Shown here piece after piece: positions 26,410-32,114 of a stretch of DNA of 32,114 bases. The stretch spans positions 1 through 32,114 of the forward strand of contig ONWZ01000137.1 of the NCBI GenBank assembly GCA_900321645.1, read 5' to 3'. A program made the translations under genes and the position numbers. The notes under the pieces were generated by a model that was given only the letters and a program-made list of their open reading frames with translations, did no database searches and had not been told where the DNA came from. Position 1 is the first letter of the stretch; every line of letters begins with the position of its first letter. This stretch comes from an uncultured Eubacteriales bacterium (GTDB lineage Bacteria > Bacillota_I > Bacilli_A > RF39 > UBA660).

Positions 26410-26775
26410 TTACATTTCTTTGTATACATTAATTATTGTTTGACCAAAACATTTTTTATTTTTGTCATATATTACATTATCTATAACCGGGAACATATGA
26501 TAATCATTTTCTTTTTTACAAAATACAATATATTTCCCTTTTCCTAGTTTTAAATCATCGGTGTTAGTTGCTTTTACATTTATTCTCTGATAATTATTAT
26601 TTGATAAATATTTTTCAAAAACAATTTGTTCTCGATAATCATCACAATTTAAATTATGAGCTAAAGCTAGTAGTTCTTCTTTTACGATATAGAAGTCTTT
26701 ATTTAATAATTTAGTAAATGTTCTTATGACGCAACTTCCTTTTTCATCAACTGGATTGTATTCAATAAATTTCAC
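26410..26775 (-). CDS. 121-aa protein with papain-fold-like Cys...His...Asp/Asn arrangement (predicted thiol peptidase or acyltransferase)
   Basis: GSCVIRTF lies near the N-terminus and YHMFPVIDNVIYD near the C-terminus. The start was re-assigned to the GTG at 26775, preceded by AAGGAGG-ATAAA, 10 nt after the YcaO stop. The track start at 26811 is an internal GTG overlapping ycaO. Confidence 0.6.
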   Translation of the reverse strand: MKFIEYNPVDEKGSCVIRTFTKLLNKDFYIVKEELLALAHNLNCDDYREQIVFEKYLSNNNYQRINVKATNTDDLKLGKGKYIVFCKKENDYHMFPVIDNVIYDKNKKCFGQTIINVYKEM

Positions 26776-26785
26776 TTTATCCTCC

Positions 26786-28060
26786 TTATGGAAATGGATG
26801 CGGTGTTTCACGCAATTCTTCCTTAACTTTAATATTTAATTTAGCTGGTACTGTCCAAAATCTATCAGCTCCCAATCTAGGTAATATGTGACTTTTATTT
26901 AAATCTATTAATCCGGGAGCGATTACTTTAACGACTTTAATGCCCGTATTGGCAACATCGGCGGTTGTAATTTCTTTATAATATACATCAATGTGATTTT
27001 TTTGCAAATTATCAATTATTTGCTTATGGGTAATTTTTTTTCTTTTATATGCAATCTTTTTACTATCAAATAAGATTTTATTAAAATTCTCTTTTTGATA
27101 GTATAAGAAATGTTCATATAAGGCTGTTATTTCATTAGGATTAGTTTTTCTTTCATTTAAGATGTTTTTAGAATAGAAAAAAGTAAATAAACATTCTTTT
27201 AACGATTTATTAATAGCAATATCAGAATCTTTATTAGCACATCCGCCAATTCCATAGTGAATTACGCCATGTTTCTTTTGCCATATTAATGATAGATAGG
27301 TAGGAACACCACTATCGGTATATAGATTATATATCTTAATGGAATAATCTTTAGCAATTGTTGAGATAAACTTTTTATTAATGCCAGTTATGGTTTCAAT
27401 GTCAATTTCTGGCGGATTTAATTTTTGCATAAAGTTTATCATTAGTGCGTCTCGCTCAATTAATTCCAATAAGCCACTCTCGATACAATCTGCTATTCTT
27501 ATACCAGCGGCGGTTCCTGTCGTAGTTGTTTCAGCTACTGGTTTAGAAATATTAAATGGAATGTATATTAAACTGGCTGGCCAATATTTCCAAGTTTTAC
27601 CGTCTAATGATACTACCTTCGTCCAATGTAGGTGATCCTTTTCGGGATTAGCAAATTGTTTATTTTGATCATATTGTTTTTGGCTATATGTATAAAAATT
27701 TTGAAATACTCGTGATTTGGGTAATTCACTTTTTTTCTTATATATAACTTCTTTTTTGGGAATATATGAAATAGTATATCTTTCGATGGCCTCAGCAAGA
27801 CAACTTATCATAGCAGATTTTTCATCTTCACTTACGCCTAAACCACCGCTCGACACTTCTCTGTCAAGATTATATAATACTTTAGCATTGGCACTTAAAC
27901 ATTGATACATATATAACCCATATTTCGATAGTTCTTCCCTTTTTAACATCGCATTTATGATACCAAATTTATCACTAAATATTTCTGCTAAACCATTATA
28001 ATCTTTTCCTAGGAAATCAATTATTTCTTTTGAATCTAAGATTAATTTATTCTTTTTCAT
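26786..28060 (-). CDS. Stand-alone YcaO-domain protein (ATP-dependent peptide backbone amide activation)
   Basis: SGGLGVSEDEKSAMISCLAEAIERYT and GLLELIERDA are YcaO signatures. The C-terminus ...ETPHPFP-stop is a PxPxP motif. The start is set to the ATG at 28060, preceded by AGGTGA (the track start at 28069 is a GTG). Confidence 0.85.
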   Translation of the reverse strand: MKKNKLILDSKEIIDFLGKDYNGLAEIFSDKFGIINAMLKREELSKYGLYMYQCLSANAKVLYNLDREVSSGGLGVSEDEKSAMISCLAEAIERYTISYIPKKEVIYKKKSELPKSRVFQNFYTYSQKQYDQNKQFANPEKDHLHWTKVVSLDGKTWKYWPASLIYIPFNISKPVAETTTTGTAAGIRIADCIESGLLELIERDALMINFMQKLNPPEIDIETITGINKKFISTIAKDYSIKIYNLYTDSGVPTYLSLIWQKKHGVIHYGIGGCANKDSDIAINKSLKECLFTFFYSKNILNERKTNPNEITALYEHFLYYQKENFNKILFDSKKIAYKRKKITHKQIIDNLQKNHIDVYYKEITTADVANTGIKVVKVIAPGLIDLNKSHILPRLGADRFWTVPAKLNIKVKEELRETPHPFP

Positions 28061-28373
28061 AATTATCACCTGGTACTGGTATTATCTTATGTATTTTTAT
28101 TTTATTGCCTTCAATTTCATATATTTCATTTTCTTTTAAGTGTGAATAATAAGTATCTAACAAAGTAGTTATTTTCTTCTTATTTATCTTTTTTTTATAT
28201 ATCTTGGTTGAATATATACAATTAGATTGTATTCTTTTAATAAATGAATTTACGTCAAAATTTGTGGTTATTCTAGGCCCAATAAGATATGCTTTTTTTG
28301 TTTTACCGACAAGGATATCAATATTTTCAATATTTTTATTATTTAGTATTTCATAATAGGATATATATTTCAT
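28047..28373 (-). CDS. 108-aa Lys-rich hypothetical protein, translationally coupled to ycaO
   Basis: SD GAGGTGA lies 5 nt before the ATG. The ORF starts 13 nt after the upstream stop, and its 3' end overlaps the ycaO start by 14 nt. No recognisable motif. Confidence 0.6.
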   Translation of the reverse strand: MKYISYYEILNNKNIENIDILVGKTKKAYLIGPRITTNFDVNSFIKRIQSNCIYSTKIYKKKINKKKITTLLDTYYSHLKENEIYEIEGNKIKIHKIIPVPGDNYEKE

Positions 28374-28386
28374 TATTTCACCTCTA

Positions 28387-30003
28387 TTATTTTCTAATTA
28401 GTCCCTTGCCTTTTACACGTGCATATTCAATTATTTTATCATCTGCTTGATTGTTAAATGTTTCTAGACTTGCCAATAATTTATCTTTTTCTTTGGTCTT
28501 TTGTTTTATCGTTATGCACCATCTTCCAATTCCAGTATTCATATACTGGAATAGCGCTATTGGATTTAGCGTAATGTTACCACCCTTTAGTGGATCAAAA
28601 GCAATAATATTCTCTTCGTCATAACCACATAGTAGTATGGCATGTAAATAGTTTCCACTATTGCCAGCTAACATTACTATTTTATTATTTTTTAGTTGGT
28701 CAATAATAAAATCATAATCAATATCTATACCATTATTGACTTTGACATTTACTTCTTTTGCCAAATCTATGTATTTTTGATATTCAGCCATTCCTTTATC
28801 AAATAGATATTTTGGTAAATAATGTCGTTTATTGGTAAAGATATTGGGTTCTGAGTGAACTAATTCAACATCCAAGTCATTTTTAGCAAGTTCATAAGCA
28901 ACTGCCGAAAACGGTGTTCCGATTAGAACTCTTGAACGATATTTTTTAAAGTAGGAAAATTCATTTTTAGAGTTAATATCAGATATGCATCCATAATACT
29001 TCATCGCTGACAACATACATACGATAGCACACGTATCGGCATTTTGAGTATATTTAGGAACATTTTTAATCATTCTGTGTTCTGATCTCTCATGTAATTT
29101 TTCGAGTCCTTCAAGAACTGTTTTATCTGAAAACTCATAAATATATCCATTATTTTTTAGTATTCTACTTTCGTTTAAGTATTCTAAAATTTTTTTTCTA
29201 TATAAAAAACCTGATATACCAATTAATTGAAATGCTAATAGTTTTTCATCAACATTATCATATTTAATTATTTCATTAAATGCTTTTCTATCTGGATGTT
29301 CAAGCATAAGATAATAATGCTTAGTTTTGTAATCTTGAGATATCTTGTATGAATTAATTATTTTTACCAATTCTTCAATGCTTAATTCTGTTTTTGATTC
29401 AAAATCTCTTTTAAATCTACTTTTAAAAATGATTTCGTCATTAGCATGATATTGATTTAATAAATATTTTCCCCATTTAACACTTTCACTATCATTACTT
29501 TTGGTTAGAACGATATACTTTAAATGATCTATTTGATATTGTACATAGAATGGTTCAATTGGTGGTGTCAATAACATGAATTGCGAATCATTGACATTAT
29601 AATCTTCATTGACGATTGAGATTTTATCTAGCCAATAGTCTAAATGCTTTTTTATACCACAAGATGTTATCATCGTTACTTTATCGACGTTAAGACAGGT
29701 ATTATATACCGCAATTAATTCTTTTACCTGTGATGGTGTCAATTCATCTAAATTACTAGTAATTAATTCTTTATAAGCAACTTCTAATCCATCTTCATAG
29801 AATTTATTATGCCAAAGCCATCTTTCTTTTAATTCTTTTAGATAGATGGTTGGTGGTATAAGAATAAAACTATCAATCAATTCAAATATCTCTTTATTAT
29901 CTTCAGCATAATTTCTATTTGCATTAAGTAATTGTTCTTCCAACACTCCATCAATAATTGGTTTCATATCGGTAGGTATTATTTCTCTTTTAATTAGATT
30001 CAT
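28387..30003 (-). CDS. 538-aa cytoplasmic protein: unknown ~330-aa N-terminal region plus a C-terminal C39-type cysteine peptidase domain
   Basis: Cys motif QNADTCAIVCMLSAMKYYG. His motif HAILLCGYDEENIIAFDP, with the canonical H-x15-DP spacing. No TM or ABC domains. The start is set to the ATG at 30003, preceded by AAGGAGG-AATAAA. The 28-codon GTG extension in the track is rejected. Confidence 0.8.
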   Translation of the reverse strand: MNLIKREIIPTDMKPIIDGVLEEQLLNANRNYAEDNKEIFELIDSFILIPPTIYLKELKERWLWHNKFYEDGLEVAYKELITSNLDELTPSQVKELIAVYNTCLNVDKVTMITSCGIKKHLDYWLDKISIVNEDYNVNDSQFMLLTPPIEPFYVQYQIDHLKYIVLTKSNDSESVKWGKYLLNQYHANDEIIFKSRFKRDFESKTELSIEELVKIINSYKISQDYKTKHYYLMLEHPDRKAFNEIIKYDNVDEKLLAFQLIGISGFLYRKKILEYLNESRILKNNGYIYEFSDKTVLEGLEKLHERSEHRMIKNVPKYTQNADTCAIVCMLSAMKYYGCISDINSKNEFSYFKKYRSRVLIGTPFSAVAYELAKNDLDVELVHSEPNIFTNKRHYLPKYLFDKGMAEYQKYIDLAKEVNVKVNNGIDIDYDFIIDQLKNNKIVMLAGNSGNYLHAILLCGYDEENIIAFDPLKGGNITLNPIALFQYMNTGIGRWCITIKQKTKEKDKLLASLETFNNQADDKIIEYARVKGKGLIRK

Positions 30004-30031
30004 TTTATTCCTCCTTAATGGTGATAATGTA

Positions 30032-30056
30032 CTGCTGCGATATGTACTCGCAGCAG
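30032..30056 (-). other. GC-rich perfect 9-bp stem / 7-nt loop RNA hairpin between the 18-codon ORF and the C39 gene
   Basis: The plus strand reads CTGCTGCGA-TATGTAC-TCGCAGCAG, with seven G:C pairs in an otherwise very AT-rich region. No U-tract follows on the minus-strand transcript, so it is not a canonical terminator. Confidence 0.6.
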
Positions 30057-30074
30057 CACAATATCTTAACCATA

Positions 30075-30131
30075 TTATCCAGTACACATCAAATCGTACT
30101 TTTTGTTAAATTTTCTCATTAATTTTTTCAT
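30075..30131 (-). CDS. 18-codon ORF (MKKLMRKFNKKYDLMCTG): candidate precursor peptide or regulatory leader peptide at the head of the YcaO operon
   Basis: Hand translation of the minus strand. A strong SD GGAGG lies 8 nt upstream of the ATG (GGAGGCGAAAAAAATG). This SD is separate from that of the next gene. No homology evidence is available. Confidence 0.35.
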   Translation of the reverse strand: MKKLMRKFNKKYDLMCTG

Positions 30132-30183
30132 TTTTTTCGCCTCCTTTTTAATTAGTTTTTTGTTGAGATCACTATAAACTCAA

Positions 30184-31614
30184 TTACTTTTTATTAAATT
30201 CTCTTATTTTTTTCTTAGCATAACTTGTTTTAGCAATATCTAACCAATCGCCTCTAGGACCGAATGATAATTCATCAGTGATAATTCTCACACGATCTTT
30301 ATTCTTCAACTCATAGTTGATTGGGACATATTCATTATTGACAACAGCCGCGACCATTGTATTACCTATATCGGTATGTATTTTATAGGCAAAATCAATT
30401 GGGGTAGATCCTTTAGGTAGTTCAATAATGTCACCACTTACCGTATAAACATATACTTTGTTGGCAAATAATTCATTCTTTACTTGGCTAACAAATTGTT
30501 GATTATCGCCAAACATAGCATTCATTTCAGTTAATGAATTAAAGAATTGATATTTATCTTTTAAATCTTTTTGCATAACATTTCTAGCTTCGCCTTTATT
30601 GATATCCCAATAAGCAGTTAGGCCAAAAGATGCAATTCTATCCATATCAAATGTTCTTATTTGTGTTTGTACTAATCTGTCATCTGGTCCAAAGACTGTC
30701 GTATGTAAAGATGAATACATATTCGTTTTAGGATTGGTAATATAATCCTTGAATTTATCATTGATTGGATGATATTCTTTATGAACCAAATATAATGTTT
30801 TATAACAGTTTTCTACTTCATCAACCATTATTTTTAAGGCTAACAAATCGTGAATATCACATATTTTATTACCTTCATTTAATCTTTTATAAATGCCATA
30901 AATATTTTTAGTTCTTACTTTTATCTCATTGGGAATGTTTCGGTCATCTAACATTCTTTTGATTTTAGTTAACATTTCCGCTAAACATTCACTACTGTCA
31001 ATTTCTATTTTTTGCTTTCTTTCTTCGATTTGTTTATACATGTCTGGTTTTAAATATCTAAGCGATAAATCTTCTAGTTCACTTTTAATGCGATATGCAC
31101 CGATATAGTATGCTAATGGAACAAATATTTCCATCGTTTCCAAAGCATTTTCTTTTTGTTTAAATTCATTTTTATATTCTAATGTACGCATATTATGTAA
31201 TCTATCTGCTAGTTTAATAATGATAATTCTAACATCTGACGTGATACCAGTAATTATTTTTCTCGTATTTGCTAAATTTTGTTCTTCTTTGGTGGAAAAA
31301 CTTATTTTAGCAAGTTTAGTGACACCATCAACTAAGTTAGCAATATCTTTATTAAATATATCCGCAATATCTTCTTTGGTGGCATTAGTATCTTCGATAA
31401 CATCGTGTAATAATCCGGCACATACCGTATCTCTATCGGCATGCATCTCTGCTAAAATGTGAGCCACATTCAAAGGATGATTAATATAGGGTTCACCACT
31501 TTGACGATATTGTCCTTTATGCATCTCATTGGCATATTCATATGCTTTTTTGACAATGTCTACTTCATCAGGATTATAATCTTTAATTATTGCTAGTAAA
31601 TCATTGATTGTCAT
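30184..31614 (-). CDS. rel: Short RelA/SpoT-homologue (HD hydrolase, synthetase and TGS domains; no distal C-terminal regulatory domains)
   Basis: HD motif LLHDVIEDT. Synthetase region YGIYKRL...YSSLHTTV...QTQIRT. TGS domain VYVYTVSGDIIELPKGSTPIDFAYKIHTDIG. The protein ends about 25 aa after TGS. The start is set to the ATG at 31614, preceded by GGAGGTG (the track start at 31659 is rejected). Confidence 0.85.
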   Translation of the reverse strand: MTINDLLAIIKDYNPDEVDIVKKAYEYANEMHKGQYRQSGEPYINHPLNVAHILAEMHADRDTVCAGLLHDVIEDTNATKEDIADIFNKDIANLVDGVTKLAKISFSTKEEQNLANTRKIITGITSDVRIIIIKLADRLHNMRTLEYKNEFKQKENALETMEIFVPLAYYIGAYRIKSELEDLSLRYLKPDMYKQIEERKQKIEIDSSECLAEMLTKIKRMLDDRNIPNEIKVRTKNIYGIYKRLNEGNKICDIHDLLALKIMVDEVENCYKTLYLVHKEYHPINDKFKDYITNPKTNMYSSLHTTVFGPDDRLVQTQIRTFDMDRIASFGLTAYWDINKGEARNVMQKDLKDKYQFFNSLTEMNAMFGDNQQFVSQVKNELFANKVYVYTVSGDIIELPKGSTPIDFAYKIHTDIGNTMVAAVVNNEYVPINYELKNKDRVRIITDELSFGPRGDWLDIAKTSYAKKKIREFNKK

Positions 31615-31633
31615 ATTTACACCTCCATATATA

Positions 31634-31678
31634 CAAAAAACGGCAGTGAGGCTAATCATATAGTCAAACTACCGTTTA
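31634..31678 (-). terminator. Terminator-like hairpin immediately upstream of the rel SD (possible attenuator)
   Basis: The minus-strand RNA is AAACGGUAGU-(20 nt)-ACUGCCGUUU followed by UUUG. The single non-Watson-Crick position is a G-U pair on the minus transcript but a C-A mismatch on the plus transcript, which supports minus-strand function. Confidence 0.5.
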
Positions 31679-31786
31679 TTTTTTCTTTTTAAATATAAGG
31701 CGCAAAGTATTAAAGTACATTATATTAATGTGTTTTTTAAAGATTGAATCATGATTTAAATATAAATACATGTTATTGTACTTCAT
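31676..31786 (-). CDS. 36-codon ORF (MKYNNMYLYLNHDSIFKKHINIMYFNTLRLIFKKKK) in the rel leader
   Basis: Hand translation. The SD is GAGG, in GGCGAGGGGTTTTTATG, 7 nt before the ATG. The stop codon UAA abuts the 5' arm of the terminator-like hairpin. Confidence 0.3.
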   Translation of the reverse strand: MKYNNMYLYLNHDSIFKKHINIMYFNTLRLIFKKKK

Positions 31787-31801
31787 AAAAACCCCTCGCC
31801 T

Positions 31802-31846
31802 TTTCAAATAAAATTTTAGATTACTTTACTACTATTTTATTTGAAA
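31802..31846. repeat. Perfect 13-bp inverted repeat TTTCAAATAAAAT-(19 nt)-ATTTTATTTGAAA
   Basis: Read directly. It lies just downstream of the helicase stop codon and brackets the -10 of the candidate promoter below. It could be the helicase terminator stem or an operator. Confidence 0.5.
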
Positions 31847-31851
31847 GTCAA
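31823..31851 (-). promoter_or_regulatory. Candidate promoter of the rel leader: TTGACT-17 nt-TAAAGT
   Basis: The minus strand reads TTGACTTTCAAATAAAATAGTAGTAAAGT. AT-rich DNA produces many -10-like hexamers, so confidence is moderate to low. Confidence 0.4.
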
Positions 31852-31867
31852 CATATTTCGGTAGTTT

Positions 31868-32114
31868 TTATTTGATTAATCTTTTAGTATTACTGTTTGT
31901 TAAATTATTTAATGAGTGAGATATCTTGCCAGTATAGTTAATATATAATTCATGCATAGCTCTTGTTATTGCAACATATAGTAATTTTTGACTGATAAGA
32001 TCATCACCATAATTTTCTTCATTTGCGTTATATAAGATGACAGCATCAAATTCTAATCCTTTAGATAGGTATGATGGTAAGACTGATACACCACCATGAT
32101 ATTCTTCATTTTTA
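31868..32114 (-). CDS. C-terminal end of a UvrD/PcrA/HelD-like superfamily-1 helicase (gene starts beyond the window end)
   Basis: Hand translation gives ...HGGVSVLPSYLSKGLEFDAVILYNANEENYGDDLISQKLLYVAITRAMHELYINYTGK...KRLIK-stop. GLEFD and LLYVAITRA are the helicase motif V/VI region. Confidence 0.7.
   Translation of the reverse strand, partial: KNEEYHGGVSVLPSYLSKGLEFDAVILYNANEENYGDDLISQKLLYVAITRAMHELYINYTGKISHSLNNLTNSNTKRLIK

Noticed and set aside
26776-26811. 12-codon extension of the 121-aa ORF overlapping the ycaO 3' end
   Set aside because: The extension begins at a GTG without an SD. The AAGGAGG immediately after the ycaO stop is correctly spaced for the GTG at 26775.
3201-27905. Numerous 60-115-aa ORFs antisense to long genes. 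Examples are 3201-3539, 6486-6764, 7327-7527, 8274-8621, 9128-9397, 11880-12176, 13176-13451, 14729-15061, 21879-22157, 22977-23288, 23925-24272, 25853-26065, 27381-27635 and 31220-31462. Same-strand out-of-frame ones include 8773-8991, 12826-13113 and 27613-27798.
   Set aside because: Each lies entirely inside a longer ORF with clear homology-type motifs. They lack SD sequences and have low-complexity Ser/Leu/Phe/Ile-rich translations typical of shadow frames in AT-rich DNA.
30004-30087. 28-codon N-terminal extension (MYWIIWLRYCAAASTYRSSTLSPLRRNK) of the C39 protein in the ORF track
   Set aside because: It starts at a GTG with no SD, runs through the GC-rich hairpin, and overlaps the end of the 18-codon ORF. 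The internal ATG at 30003 has a perfect AAGGAGG-6 nt spacing.
24753-30183. Possibility that the YcaO cassette is a mobile element or genomic island with recognisable borders
   Set aside because: I could find no integrase, transposase, tRNA attachment site or flanking direct or inverted repeats. Only a qualitative AT-richness difference remains, so no mobile_element feature is called.
1-32114. Alternative genetic code (TGA = Trp, Mollicutes-like) suggested by the extreme AT content
   Set aside because: Long housekeeping ORFs (polC at 1543 aa, aspS, metG, ruvB) are uninterrupted under the standard code, and their ends match the expected protein termini.
1-32114. CRISPR arrays, tRNA or rRNA genes, and tandem repeats
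   Set aside because: Intergenic regions are short (mostly under 250 nt) and are accounted for by promoters, terminators, the T-box and the rel leader. No spaced direct repeats or cloverleaf-type sequences were seen.

Overview
Very AT-rich, low-GC Bacillota-type chromosomal segment. The long ORFs are intact under the standard genetic code. PolC, a T-box leader and Cheo-like LexA boxes are present. Almost every gene is on the minus strand. Most of the window is housekeeping: mtaB, a TIGR01212 radical-SAM gene, lexA, ruvA-HAD-ruvB, ddl, a ClpX paralogue, a T-box-controlled aspS, polC, an SPFH protein, a GNAT/Nudix/CYTH/Nudix cluster, a short rel, and the 3' end of a UvrD/HelD-like helicase. The stand-out region is 24.7-30.1 kb, a tightly packed minus-strand operon. 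In transcription order it holds an 18-codon ORF with a strong SD, a GC-rich hairpin, a 538-aa protein with a C39-type Cys peptidase domain and no ABC transporter, a 108-aa ORFan, a stand-alone YcaO ending in PHPFP, a 121-aa Cys-His-Asp papain-like protein, and a four-CxxC methionyl-tRNA synthetase. Only one intrinsic terminator is seen, after metG. I found no E1/ThiF-like partner, McbC-type dehydrogenase, TfuA, exporter or immunity gene. It therefore does not fit the standard azol(in)e, thioamide or bottromycin-type YcaO layouts, and I flag it as a candidate undescribed peptide or protein amide-modification system. Secondary observations are: an unannotated 46-aa membrane protein divergent from lexA, with a LexA-box-like site inside its promoter (a SosA/YneA-type positional analogue); a hybrid histidine kinase with Gln in place of the phospho-accepting His; a 36-codon uORF plus terminator-like hairpin ahead of rel; a ClpX paralogue without the zinc-finger N-domain; and a protein with a SipW-type signal peptide carried as an isolated transcription unit. 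No rRNA, tRNA, CRISPR array or transposase/integrase was seen.
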